Shown piece after piece: positions 26,340-39,429 of a stretch of 64,000 nucleotides of DNA; the stretch's first letter is position 1; every line of letters starts with the position of its first letter. Origin of the DNA: Felis catus (Eukaryota). The notes under the pieces are model-generated. The model did not search any database. It was given only the letters and a program-made list of their open reading frames with translations, and was not told the origin of the DNA. A program made the translations under genes and the position numbers. The stretch covers positions 20,896,001 to 20,960,000 of the forward strand of contig NC_058383.1 of NCBI RefSeq assembly GCF_018350175.1. Direction: 5' to 3'.

Positions 26340-26466
26340 ATCCGCAGCAGGCTCCAGGCTCTGAGCTGCAGCACAGAGCCCGACGCGGGGCTCGAACTCA
26401 CAAACCTCGAGATCACGACCTGAGCCGAAGTCGGACGCTTAACCAGCTGAGCCACCCGGGCGCCCC
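26247..26466 (-). mobile_element. Can-SINE
   Basis: Reverse-strand element; TSD aaaagcattttt. Confidence 0.92.
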
Positions 26467-27399
26467 AGCGAAAAGCATTTTAGATTCTAGACATCTCTAG
26501 CGAAAGCAGAGAAAAATATTCACTAAGAATCCTGCAGCTTCTCAGTTCTGTCCCAACTGTAAACATCCTGTCCAACCTTCGCTCACTGAACATTCCACTA
26601 GGTGCACCTCCACAAGGACTTCCTTAGCAGTGGGACGAAAACCTTGGAGTCCCCACCAAAACCATGGCGATGCAGCTAGAAGGGAGGGGGAGGGGCAGGT
26701 TAAGAGTCTCCATGGGAAGAATGGGGAAAAAGAGCTCCCCAGCCGTGCCTGCCACACCCCGCTGTTGCCAACACCTTTGTAAGTGTCAGGTTTGTCCCCA
26801 GCCTGCTGAGGAACTACCCCGCCGACGGCCTCCTTCATTATCTAAGAGCAGAAGGAATGAGAAGACAGTTTGCTTGTTGGAGGACTATAATCCAGCCTGC
26901 ACTGCACGCACCAACGGCTAAGTATGTGCTTATTTAAAAATCAACCCGAAAGTCAAGGTTTCCCTTTCAGAAATCCTTTCTGGAGAGGGCAGCCTTGGCG
27001 GACCAGAGGGATAAAGCTTGGAGTGGCACGCCAGCTGAACGTGCCCATCTCAAGGAGACCGCTGCAGGATTCCGAGCAGCACCGACGGAAAACGGCTACC
27101 GGAGGCACACGGCGGGTGGAAAGCTGAGTTCACCAGCCACTAAGGGGCTCCACCGTCGGAGTGAAGGTGGCTGGGGGCCCCTGCGGCAATTAGCAAGGGA
27201 TTGCTCCCCAAGCTCAAGAGCGGGGCTCAAGACTGCAGAGGCAGCGGTCTAGGAAGGGGAAAGCCGGAAGGGGGCACTGGGAACATCAACCTCCGTGACA
27301 GGCACGGATATGCACACATGCAGTGCAAAGGCAGGTGCGTGTGCACACAAAGGCACACTCTCACCTTACACCAGGCACAGGTAAAAAGGACACACGTCT

Positions 27400-27615
27400 G
27401 GGGCGCCTGGGTGGCTCAGTGGGTTGAGCGTCCGACTTCGGCTCAGGTCACGATCTCGCGGTCCGGGAGTTCGAGCCCCGCGTCGGGCTGTGTGCTGACA
27501 GCTCGGAGCCTGGAGCCTGCTTCGGATCCTGTGTCTCCCCCTCTCTCTCTGCCCTCCCCCGCTTGCACTCTGTCTCTCTTTCAAAAATAAATAAACATTA
27601 AAAAAAAAAAAAAAA
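27400..27615 (+). mobile_element. Can-SINE
   Basis: Full element; TSD-like cacgtctggg. Confidence 0.93.
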
Positions 27616-28875
27616 GCAAGCACGTCTGGGAGTGAGAAGATGCCAACAGCACTGACTTTGCTCCTGGGACTCGTCTCCTGCCTGGGGAGACCTAGCACGA
27701 TGATTCTCGCCGCCCATCCGTACCGACAGCAGGTGAGTAGGAAAGTCCCTTTCGTGTTCTGGTCCAACACGGATCTGAACCTGGGATCACAAACCCAAAT
27801 GCCAGCAGGAGCCGAGGCCGGGAGGGGGAGGGGGTGGGGCGCACATCAGTCGATGAAGCGGGTCGGAAGTCAACAGCTAGGAATGGCAGGGACTGTGGCC
27901 AATTACAGAACCCCACCTCCCCGCGTGAAGCGGCATCGCTCCCGTGGAGCGTGACTGGAGAGGAACGTGGTTCCGGGTTTTGATTTTTTTTTTCTTTCTA
28001 CGACAGAAGCAGCCCAGAGTTTTATGTGACATCTCCCACTGTTCAAATAGTGGCCACTGATTTCCAACGGTCGTAGAACGCTCTAGGCCGAACAAATAAA
28101 ATCTGATCTCTGATATCAACCCACCCCTTCCCTCCACTGAGAATAGCAAAGCACAGGTGGCCCTTTGCCGGCCAACTTTTATGCCACAAGACACGGGGCT
28201 TCTGGTCCACAGCTGCCACAGGTGGCCCCCCAGCAGGACCAGCAGGTCCAAGCAAATTCTGGCTTCTCAGCCCCTGGAGGGACCACCCCCCCCACCCCTC
28301 CCTGAATTCTTATCACCCAGAAGCTGGTCTTCTGATCGCTGTGTTTGTTCAAGAAACAGAGACACAGGGATCAGACTGCTTTCCCCCAGGAAACACACTC
28401 CCTTTTCAAGCAAACAGCAGAGCTGTGACGATTGAAAAGGAAAAATAAATGACACTAGAAGGATACGATCCGTGAAAAGATACATATATCGCATGACGTC
28501 GACTCTGTTGACTTGGATGTGCCTGGGCCAAGAAGCAGACAGGGAAGCCAGCAATCGGGAGAAAGCACAGCCTCAAAAGCCCAGTTCTGCCTTTTGCTGC
28601 GCTCCTCATATGTGACACGGACAAGTCCCTTCACCTCCACGCGCCTCTGCTGCCCCCCCCCCCCATAAAATGGGAAGGTAGGGCCTCAAACATCTACGTT
28701 TGCGCTGTGAGCCTCACACCTACCCAGGTTACGAGTCCTACTACGTGGCCCGCTGCTAAGGACAATGCCAGGGACACCGCACACTGTGAATGAGCCAATC
28801 TGCAGGGACACCCAGGAACCAGCCGACGTGAGCGCGAGCGGCCGCTGGGTCACTCACCAGCGGAAGCCTGAGCCG

Positions 28876-28915
28876 GTGACTTAACCCGAGTACCCGTGAC
28901 TTAACCCGAGTACCC
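28876..28915. repeat. Perfect 20-bp tandem duplication
   Basis: gtgacttaacccgagtaccc x2. Confidence 0.95.
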
Positions 28916-29934
28916 GCTTCCACGGAGAAGTATTCGTTTCGCATCGGCAGCGCACCAGGCATTGCTAAGTCCCGGGGCACACAGGCGGACAGGGGACAAC
29001 AGCCATCCCTGTCCCTCGAGCAGCACGTCGTAATCCAGAGGTCAAAACCTCCCGGCCGAGGAGCCAAACGGCCTGGCCCACAGGTCCGTTTCATTTGGCC
29101 CACGCTACGGGTTTGTTTCATTTTGTGGGAACCGAACTAAGATGTAAAATTCAAGGCGTCGCGCATAAGAATCTGATGTGCGTTGCTCTTCCATGAGTTA
29201 CTGGGCACCGTCAAGCCCCCCCACCCCCCACTGCAGGAACGGGATGGCGTTGACTCATGGCCACCTCCCGGAGGAGGTGCATCCACTCTTGGGTATTCCC
29301 ACCGGCCCCCTTCACACCGCTCGACAGCCGTCTGCCTCCCCACCCCCCCCATCAGGGCATGCACCTTGCAGCCCTTGGACTAACACAAAAAGAAAGCAGC
29401 AGCAGTAGCCAAAACTAGTGTAAAAACTCCAGGGGGAGGGGAGGCTTTTTTGAGCAAGACCGTGAAGACGGCTATGGCATCGCTTTATCCACAAGGATAA
29501 GTATTTGCCTGGCATTCCCAGGAGCTAAAAGCACCCTGAACCACTCAGAGACAGCGTGCTATGGGACTTTAAAAACCAGAAATGAAAATAAAAGTAACTG
29601 AGTGAGCTATTTTTTTTCCCCCCTTGCAATTCACGGACCTTCTTAAGGTTGATTTACAAACTCTTACTTTGAAAACCTTCTTCTTCTTTTTTTTTTTTTT
29701 TTCTGTCGGCTCATATTTCTTCCTTCCCTCGGTGAGTTCCATCATGGGGGAAGTTCAAAGGAATGTGGGCTTTGGAGTCCGGAAGCTCGGCCCCAGACTC
29801 GCCCGGTCCACCTGGTGACATTTCAAGGAGAGGGCTCGGCTCCAAGCCGAGTTATCTACCAGATGGTTAACGACTGGAGAGGCAATCGCCCACATTCCCC
29901 CCCAGTCTTACTTTCCTTATCTTTCAAATGGGAT

Positions 29935-30149
29935 GGGGCGCCTGGGTGGCGCAGTCGGTTAAGCGTCCGACTTCAGCCAGGTCACGATCTCACGGTCCGT
30001 GAGTTCGAGCCCCGCGTCGGGCTCTGGGCTGATGGCTCGGAGCCTGGAGCCTGTTTCCGATTCTGTGTCTCCCTCTCTCTCTGCCCCTCCCCCGTTCATG
30101 CTCTGTCTCTCTCTGTCCCAAAAATAAATAAACGTTGAAAAAAAAAAAA
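29935..30149 (+). mobile_element. Young SINEC_Fc-type SINE
   Basis: Full element; TSD tcaaatgggat. Confidence 0.95.
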
Positions 30150-30226
30150 TCAAATGGGATGATAAGACCTCCCTTCAAATGGGCAATGCATGTGGGACTC
30201 ACTATACTGTCACCATCTGCAATGCC

Positions 30227-30251
30227 TTTGTTTTTTTTTTTAATGTTTATT

Positions 30252-30291
<40 letters not shown>

Positions 30292-30436
30292 CACAGGTGG
30301 GGGAAGGGCAGAGGGGCCAGAGGATCTGAAGTGGGCTCCGTGCTGACAGCAGGGAGCCCGACGCGGGGCTTGAACTCACGAACCACGAGATCGTGACCTG
30401 AGCCGAAGTCAGATGCTCTACTGACCCAGGTGCCCC
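30227..30436 (-). mobile_element. Can-SINE
   Basis: Reverse-strand element; TSD-like ctgcaatg. Confidence 0.9.
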
Positions 30437-31514
30437 TGCAATGACTCTGCTTTTCCGTAACATCTTTTGCCCCCCCGCCACACCCCCAAATGCAAGTCTG
30501 TGAAGTCAGGGTGTGGTTCTCTTCCCTACTATATCCCCAGTGCTGGCACAAGAGAGGCATCCGATAAATATCTCTTGATTACAAAATGCCGTGTAAGCAC
30601 CTAGATGGAATAATCAAGAGATGATGGCTGGACGGATGGGTGGATAAAATAAAGCAACGGATAAGCGAGTGAGTGAGCAAAACAGACAGACAGGCAGACG
30701 GACGTTACTGTCACCACTAATATCGTCCTTATCGCTCCTCTCCCGACCCTGACCCAGAAAGGCTGGCCAGTATGCCAAGCTCTTCTGGCTACAATAACTA
30801 AGATGTTTACACACGTCATATCCCACTCGCTTGGCCCCTGGGTGGTCACATTCCTTCGACAATCCATTCTGTACCGGAAGGTCGCCTGAATTTCCCTATA
30901 AGGAGACCAATCATCATTTTGTGCCTCTTGGCTGCCAGGAGTTAGGGGAGGCGCCTTCGATATCTCACCTCCCCCTCACAACCCTTGCAGGCCGGCACAG
31001 TTGCTCATCCAGTTCACAGGACAAGAGACTTTGTCTCTGATTGGCTCATCGAGCTTCCCAAGAGCACACAGGTGCCTCTTTAATCCTTGCCCTTTGACCC
31101 AAGTCCAGAGATAGTCCCACACCCTTGACAGAATAGACTAGATGATGGCTGGGCAGATCTTTACATCACTCTGGAGGGGGGGGGTGCGGATTCTTGACTT
31201 TCTGCTCAACCCACAAGCTCTTTTTGCTCCCACTTTCTAACCCAGTGGCTGATTAACACTTCAACCTTTCACCAGTCTGGTTGTAACTCTAGTAACTCGT
31301 TTTGAGACAAGCCCTCTTGCATAACGGGGAGTGCGCACTGGGCAGGGCAGCCACGGTCCAGCCACTTCCAGCTACCCTGCCCCACACAGCCTCAGTGGCA
31401 GAGTACCATGGCTTTGAGTTGGCCACTGATTGGGCTAGACCCGGGCATCTGACTCAAGCAAAGTACATCCATAGGTTGGCCAACGAGTACCACGAGGCTT
31501 GCTATAGAGAACTC

Positions 31515-31533
31515 TGGCCACTAGGGGGCGACA
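31515..31533 (+). promoter_or_regulatory. CTCF-binding motif
   Basis: TGGCCACTAGGGGGCGACA closely matches the CTCF core consensus. Confidence 0.6.
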
Positions 31534-32999
31534 GTACTCAGGTAAGCCGACGAAGGTACTCCCTCTGGACCCGTTGGAGCAAAGTCATTTAAGATGCGCA
31601 GAGAAGCCAAAAGCCCGTGCAGGGCCTCAAAGGGACATAAAGATTGTCACGGCCCTTTAGCCGAGGATGGGTCCCAGTCCTGGGTCCTACTTGCAGACTG
31701 GCAGAACCAACACCCATTGAATCTCTCTGCTCGAAGCAACGACTGCCCGTCTGCCCGTTGTATCTGATTTAGAATCTGGCCTAAGTGCTCTCATCCCAGC
31801 TTCGAGCCCCTGCCTCTGACCTGGCCTTTATTTCAGGGGCGTTCGGGGAACCGGCTCAACTCTTTAACAATGACCAGCGGCGACCAGCCCCTCGTGCCTG
31901 GCTCTTGACAAACCAAATCCCTTAGAATTGGCTTCTCAGCGGCGACTCTTGGATTTTCCTAACACCTTGGCCCACTGAACAAGAACATCTTTCAGAATAA
32001 ATTCGGTGGAACAGAATTTCACGCCAGGATTTGTTTCCTTTTCACCCACACAAACAAAGTCTGCTTCCAAGGATCAAAACCTAACTTTTTAATAAGGTCA
32101 CGGCCTCTGAAAGCCCAGTGGCCGTGGCCTTGCGCACGGCTGTTCCCCAAAATGCTTCACGTGGACTCCACTCTGCCATGCTCCAACAGCCGAGAGTACT
32201 CAGAAACGAGCACCACCGGTCTCGGCCATTTATTGTTCCCCGTCTTCCAGCTTTTCCCCTCAAGCCATTTCTCTTCCTTTATGTCTAAGCTTTTTTCCGA
32301 GTCAAAGAGCGAGCCGACGGGATCAGAAGAGAGCCTTTTGCAGGGTTGCTCTTACCCGAAACAATACTGCCACGGGTTCACGCACGCACAGCGTGGAGCG
32401 GAATTATTTCCCGATAGCTTGTGCTTCGGCGGGAAAGTGATTTCACCAAGATCTACGTTCGTGGCCACGGCAGCTGCCCATATGGCAGGGTGCGGAAAAA
32501 GAATCTTGGAAATCTAGCATCCGCCACTCAGGGTGACGCTGCCCTGCCTTCGTTTCCCTTCCATCAGGCTGGCGCTCACTCGAGTCCCACGCTCCAGGAG
32601 CGAGGGGCCACCCCTGTGCTAGGATTCCGGGGTCAGTCAACACGAGGCGTCCCCACGGAATTCAGTGAACGATACGTGCCAACTTGGCAAAGGCAACGGT
32701 GATGTTTTCCAACACTGGTTGGCACAGGGGAGCGTGACGGCAGGATCGTCTATTGGGGAAAACACACACACGCATAGATGCGTGTGCACACGCACATACA
32801 TACGCATGAGGGGGCGTGCACACACACACACACACACACACAGGGCGTGGCTCAAATTCCAGCTTGCATACGAAGCCACGTATGATCCTTAGCCTTTCTG
32901 TGCCTCTCCTTCCTCATCTGTAAAACGGGACTGTGTTGTAAATACCAAAGGAAAGACAATGACGCAAATGCCCATCCTACATTAGCCACTGACGCCCTT

Positions 33000-33800
33000 T
33001 CTCACCCTCCCCTCCTGTGGCAGCTGTGCAAATCACCTCCAGTTCACCCCCCCTGCTGAGCTCCACACCTCTGAATCTGATTGCCAGTGGGCACCTCCTT
33101 TCGGTGGCCCCACGTGTCCCCAACAGAACTCCTCACCTCCCCCCCAACACCCGCTCACCCTTCTGCGTTCCCTGCATCACAGCCTGGGACCTCCTGCCGC
33201 CCAGAAGTCAGCCTGGACAGGGCTCTCTCCTTCGCTGAGTCCTTTTGAATCTGCATCCTTTTTCCTTGGACCCCCCCCCCCATTCACTGCCCTCCATCCC
33301 TGCTTTGCGTCCCTATGTCAACCCAAGCCATCACCCGTACGGGCGTTCCAACTGCTCCTCCCGCAGCCCCTCTCGCCCCATCCGATCCAGTCGCCAATCC
33401 TGCAGCCAGAGCCATTTTTCTCGACTTCTCCCTCTGGGCAAGCCACTCCCCTGCTTAGAAACCTTCCGAGGTTCACCACTGCCCTCAACATAAAACACAA
33501 TCTGTTCACACACTGCAGTGGGTGGAACCCATCATCCCTGATGCTCCTCAAACCCGATGCAGCCACATCGCTTGCTTTAAAAAGGTCCAGGCACAGTGAC
33601 GTTCTGTGTCCCGAATGCCCCCGCCAGAGCTCTGCGCGGACCCTCTCCTCTGCCTGCGATCCTTCACTCCTCACTTCCTAAGCTGGCAAACTAGTCACCC
33701 TTCTGATACTTAACTTAGCGTCTGTCCTGTCCCAGCCCCATCCCAGCATTCAGCACATGTGCCTGGGGCTTGGTAAATATTTGGTAAATGCACGAATCAT
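33000..33800 (+). mobile_element. L2 fragment
   Basis: C/T-rich L2-like text (ccactcccctgcttagaaaccttcc) ending ggtaaatatttggtaaatg. Confidence 0.6.
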
Positions 33801-33886
33801 CTCACACTCAAAGGTGTGCCGACAGGTAGCAGAAAAAGATCTACCCGGGACCCCCTCCCCCCCCGCAGGCCTTCTCTGGGTTTACC

Positions 33887-34061
33887 TTTTTTTTTTTAAG
33901 TTTATCTATTTAGAGAGAGAGATACAGCACAAGCAGGGGAGGGGCAGAGAGAGAGGATCCCAAGCAGGCTTCACACCGTCAGCACTGAGCCGGACGCGGA
34001 GCTCGAACTTGAGCCAAAACCAAGAGTCGGACGCTTAACCGACCGAGCCACCCAGGCACCC
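33887..34061 (-). mobile_element. Can-SINE
   Basis: Reverse-strand element; TSD-like gtttaccttt. Confidence 0.88.
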
Positions 34062-34292
34062 GTTGGCTGAGTTTACCTTTGCCAACCCCGTTCTCAGGCT
34101 TGAAGCCCGATGGGAGGCAAGGCAGGTGCTAGCCTCCGGGTGGCATCTCCTGTGGCCCCCGGCTGTCTTCTGTCCAGGGGACACAGCAGAGCACAAAGCA
34201 GCAAAGCCCACACGCCTGAAGTTTCCTAACTCCTGGGCCTCGGCATGACCTTGCCTGGTCGGAGCAGCTTTCTTCTAAGATGGGATGATGCT

Positions 34293-34511
34293 GGGGCACC
34301 TGGCTGGCTCAGTCAGTGAAGATTCCGAATCTCGATTTCAGCTCAAGTCATGATCTCCTGGTTTCGTGAGTTCAAGCCCTGCACTGGGCTCTGTGCGGAC
34401 AGTACGGACGGAGCCTGCTTGGGATTCTCTTTCTCTCCCTCTCTCTCTGCCCCTCCCCTGCTCACATGCTCTCGCTCTCTCAAAATTAAACAAACTTTCT
34501 AAAAAAAAAAA
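34293..34511 (+). mobile_element. Can-SINE
   Basis: Head, CT tract, A-tail. Confidence 0.9.
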
Positions 34512-35997
34512 GTAGATGCATACGGTGCACGTGCCAAAGGGCAAGGGTGTGGGAGGTGGTCAAAAGCAGGTGAATGAGACCAGCTCCCCAATTTCCAGAC
34601 AGCCTCCCTGCCTCCTGGACACCTGGGAGTCCGTCCGTGTCCCCAACGTGCATCGTGACCCAACAGACTCGAGTCCTTTCCCGTGTCTGGGTGCCTTGTC
34701 CCTTCTGGTCTGGCATCCCCACCATCACTTCCTCCCTGGCTTGGGCTTGAGTTAAAACCCTCGGCAGATACCTGTGGAGGCCTCGCCCCCGGCGTCCTCC
34801 TGACGTGTGCTGTGCTCTCGAGTGACAGCGTGTCTCAAAGTCAACCGGCATCCTAGGTCCTGCTCTGCTCTGCCTAGAACTCCCTGGCCCACTCTGCTGA
34901 CCACGGCCCCTCTCCAATGGGATCTGCCAAAAGGGCACGATGATTATGAGTGTAGACCCTGGAGTCAGGCCAACCTGGGTTCAAATCCTGCCTCTTCCAG
35001 TTCCCCGGGCAAGTCACTCCAGTGACTTGGGCAAATCATTCCAGTTTCCTGGGCAAGAACCTCCCTCAACCCCACCTGCTTCTGTTATAAAATGAGAGAG
35101 ACAACATCTACCTCAGAGGACCCCTACGAGGATTAAACTAACTCGTGTGAATCCACGTGTATAGCTGGCACATAGCAACCACTCACAAAATAGTATAAGC
35201 CATAACGATTATGCCAGCGGAACACCACGGAGATTCCCAGTCTCTGCCTCGGTTTCCCTATTTATAAATGAAGGGAACACCTGTGCCCCACCTCCTATGC
35301 ATGCGCGGTTATCTCGTTAACATCGGTCTGCACAACTGGACCGTAAGCTACACAAGGCAGGGGCCACGTTTTCTTTTGCACAGGCGGCTGCAGGGTCCAC
35401 ACCTGAGATGCTCGCTACACGCTTGCAGGGGGTGGAGGAGCAGCCAACGGGCCATCCATTCTCAAGTGCAGGCACGTGAGAAAGGCCAGGCCATGGGTGC
35501 TCTAGACGCTCTTGAAGCCCCTGACCAGTTACGCCCACAGGGAAAGAAAGACTCTTAGAAGCGATCTGAGCCCAGGTATCAGCAGCAGATACAATCTGTT
35601 AGGGAGAGACCATGATTAACATCTGTAACCAATTAGAAATAACTGAAAAGAGGATCGATGATCGGATCAATGCTGGCATTGGATTGGAACGACATAACGA
35701 TTAGAGCACAGACATTGTTTCAAGGAGTAAGAAAGAGGCAGGAGGTACGGCTCTATTCAGAGCTTCCTTGGCCCCTCTCCCCTCTGGGGCGGAGAAATTT
35801 GGAGGAAATGGGTAAAGCGTGTACCCAAGGCGGCACGTATCTCTACTACCCTTCTGTGCCATACCGAAAAGGCGGCTCGTTATTCCGGGGGCTCCGGAGG
35901 GAGGGAGAGGAGAGAGAGTGTGCAAGGAACCGCGTACCCCTTAAAAGATAAATCTGTGTGGGAAGACAAAAGTTACTTCCATTCAAGGACCCATCTT

Positions 35998-36166
35998 GGG
36001 GCACCCGGGGGGCTCGGTCAGCGAAGCGTCCGGCTTCGGCTCAGGTCATGATCTCACGGTTCACGGGTTGGAGCCCCGCGTGGGGCTCTGTGCTGGCAGC
36101 TCGGAGCCTGGGGACTGCTTCGGATTCTGTGTCTCCCTCTCTCTGTCTCAGTCTCTCTCAAAACTA

Positions 36167-36197
<31 letters not shown>

Positions 36198-36223
36198 AGG
36201 AACGAACATTAAAAAAAAAAAAA
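35998..36223 (+). mobile_element. Can-SINE
   Basis: Head and (TAAA)n tail. Confidence 0.9.
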
Positions 36224-36224
36224 A

Positions 36225-36705
36225 GAACTATCAAGCCCTGGAAAGACATAAAGGAACTTTAAATGCACACCACTGAGTGGAAGAAGCCAGTCTTGAAAAG
36301 CTACGTAACGCATGACATTCTGGAAAAGGCTAAGCTGCGGAGACAGTAAGAGTCCAACGGCTGGAGGGAGGGACGACCAGGAGATTCACAGAGGATTTTC
36401 AGGGCAGAGAAAATACTCCGTGTGCTACTCTAGTGTTTGACGCGTGTCGTCATCAATCTGTCCCAACCCGCAGAACGTTACCACGCCGAGAATGAACACT
36501 AACGTCAACTGTGGGCTTCGGGCAGATAATGAGGGGTCGGTGTGAGTTGGTCCATTAGAACAGGTGCACCGCTCTGGTGGGGGAGAAGCTGCCATGGGGG
36601 AGGCTGTGCCTGAGTGAAGGAGGGACTACCAGGAAATCCTTGTACCTTATCCGCATTGCTGTGATCCTGAAACGGCTCTTTTGCAAACAAGTCTGGTTTT
36701 TAAGA
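36225..36705 (+). mobile_element. L1MC-like 3' end fragment
   Basis: gaagaagccagtcttgaaaagctac...cattctggaaaaggc...gctgtgatcctgaaacggctct. Confidence 0.8.
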
Positions 36706-37476
36706 AACAAAAGAACTCCTAAAAGGGGGAAAAAAAAACAATACCAATTAAAAAATTTTTAGAAAGAACTCCTAGAAGGGCAACAAAGTCTTAAAAAGTG
36801 AATTAATTCATTAAATTCAAAATAAAGCTTATATTTATTCATGTTTACGGAGAGTAGGGCCCTCCTACTCTTCTTCTAGCAAAGAAAAACTTCATCATCC
36901 CCGGCTTCAGTTGCTCGAACTGGTGTTTCCTGTTTCGGGTCTTTCTAAAATGCAACTGGCAATGTTTATGTAGCACACAGGGGGTCACCCCGCTAATTGA
37001 ACACCTACTATGTGTCAGGCCCTGAGATCTTCTCCAGCCCCTACAGAGCAGGGACCACGTTCTGTGGAGGATACTGAACCTTAAACCCAGAGAACAAGCA
37101 CCAGTTTGCTCTCTGAGTCAAAACACTAATCTTTATTGAGCCACTAACAGTAACAGCCGGACCGTGCCACTGTATCACAAGTCCCCACCATAGGAAGGGC
37201 CAGCATTTATCGAACACCTAGCAGGTGTAATGAGTGCTCCTAAGCCCTTTGCATATATTAACTCGCTCAATCCTTACAACAATTCTACAAACGATGTGTT
37301 GTGATTACCCCCATTTTACAGATGATAAGGATGATAAAGAGCAAGTTTAACAGGCTTCTCTCAGAGGCACTCAGCCGGAGGGAGCAGACAGAGAAGTTCA
37401 AAGCCACGCAGTCTGACTTCAGAGCCTAGGGTAAAGGCAGGTATCGCAACTGTACTTAGTTTCAAGCTAAGGACCA

Positions 37477-37591
37477 GGGGCGCGTGGGTGGCTCAGTCCG
37501 TTAAGCATCCAACTCGGCTCAAGTCATGATTTCGCGGCTGTGAGTTAGGGCTCTGAGTCGGGCTCAGCTCTGAGTGTGGAGCCTGCTTGGG

Positions 37592-37650
<59 letters not shown>

Positions 37651-37770
37651 CTCCCCCCCCCCCCCACTGTCTCTGCCTCTCCCCTGCTCGTGTACTTGCT
37701 CTCTCTCGCTCTCTCTCTCTCTGAAAATAAATAAAAACATTTTATTTTTAAAAATATTTTCCAAAAAAAA
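37477..37770 (+). mobile_element. Can-SINE
   Basis: Head, long (CT)n, tail. Confidence 0.9.
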
Positions 37771-37874
37771 AATAAGGAACATAAGGTTCAAGGCAGTTAA
37801 ATAATTTGCTTAAGGTCACATGACCTATAAGTGTTAGAAATGAGATTTGAACCCAGGTTTAAATATATATATTT

Positions 37875-38108
37875 TGGGGGGCGCCTAGGTGGCTCAGTCA
37901 GTTAAGCATCCGACTTTGGCTCAGGTGACAATATCATAGTTCATGAGTTCGAGCCCCGCATCAGGCTCTGTGCTGACAGCTCAGAGCCTGGAGCCTCCTT
38001 CGAATTCTGTGTCTCCCTCTCTCTCTGCCCCTCCCCTACTCACACTCTGTCTCTCTCTCTCTCTCTCAAAAATAAATAAACACTTAAAAAATAATAATAA
38101 AATAAATA
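37875..38108 (+). mobile_element. Can-SINE (inserted in the tail of the adjacent minus-strand SINE)
   Basis: Full element abutting the inverted copy. Confidence 0.92.
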
Positions 38109-38126
38109 TTTTTAAATGTTCATTTT

Positions 38127-38165
<39 letters not shown>

Positions 38166-38327
38166 ATGAGTGAGGGAGGGGCAGAGACAGAAGGGGACAG
38201 AGGATCTGAAGAGGCTCTGCACTCACAGCAGCAAGCAAGCCCGATGCAGGGCTCAAACTCACAAACTATGAGATCATGACCTGAGCCGAAGTTGGACGCT
38301 CAACCAACTGAGCCACAGAGGCGCCCC
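38109..38327 (-). mobile_element. Can-SINE
   Basis: Reverse-strand element; acccaggttt flanks the whole SINE pair (37851-37860 and ~38330-38339). Confidence 0.92.
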
Positions 38328-38430
38328 TTACCCAGGTTTCAGAAAGTTGGAGAACTCATGCTCCCCAATTTCAAACATACTACAAAGCTACAGCAGTCAA
38401 AACAATGTGATACTGGAATTAGCGTAATCT

Positions 38431-38569
38431 CATAGGTCCCCTAAGTACAGTTGTGCAGGTTGAACAGGACACAAGTCTGGAGAGTACCATTCACATTGGG
38501 ATCGACGCAGATAGTGTCCTCCCAGAGTTGTGCAGTGCACAACCGGCTCCATTTTACATGGCAGTCCTG
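38431..38569. mobile_element. MER91A-like palindromic hAT-Tip100 MITE
   Basis: agttgtgcaggttg...accattcacat...gagttgtgcagtgcacaacc...ggcagtcctg resembles recalled MER91A consensus. Confidence 0.7.
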
Positions 38570-39224
38570 AACGTATGGAAAACTGATTTTATGAAACTAT
38601 GAGCACAGGCAAGGGGTTATTAAAGTGACAGGAGAAACACAGGACTAGGTACCTGCCCTCCAGTTGTTCTCGATCGCATTAAATAGATAAGACGCACCAG
38701 ATGAGAAGTGAAGGCACTACCATAACAAATTTCGCTTCAGTTCTTTAAATGATGTATGAAGTTTCACAGGCTTTCACTATCAGGTGCAGGAAAGATATGT
38801 AGCTTCAAAGCAGTTTTGCTTCTCTGCTCTGCTGTGCTGTGAGGTCCTCCTTCTTTTTTTTTTTTTTTTTTTGTACAGTGTTTCCAACTCCATTGTAATT
38901 CTTTATCTTTCCCCATCTTTCTGCACCAGCACCAGTGACATCTGTTTCACACAAGGATCATTTTTATCCACAAAGCAGTCTCGCTACAAGGATATATTGT
39001 AGGTTTCAAGAGGCCGCAGCTGCCTCCGCCTCCGCAGAAAGGCTGTGGTCAAAATACCGAATTCGGGGACTGGGGTTCTTCTTTGGGGTGAGTGAAAATA
39101 GGGGGAGGGGCACCAACGGTGGTCACGTGTTTGACCTTCTTCACGTCCCGTCTGAATCCCAATCTTGCCTCGTGACTCCTCCTGGCCACCCACCGTCTTG
39201 TTTTCATTCAGACTCACACCTTTC

Positions 39225-39374
39225 TGGGGCACCTGGGTGGCTCAGTCGGTTGAGCTTCTGACCTCAGCTCAGGTCACGGTCTCACAGTTCTTGAGTTCGA
39301 GCCCTGCACCTGGCTCACTGCTATCAGCATAGAGCCCGCTTCGGATCCTCTGTTCCCCTCTCTCTCTGTCCCTC

Positions 39375-39429
<55 letters not shown>

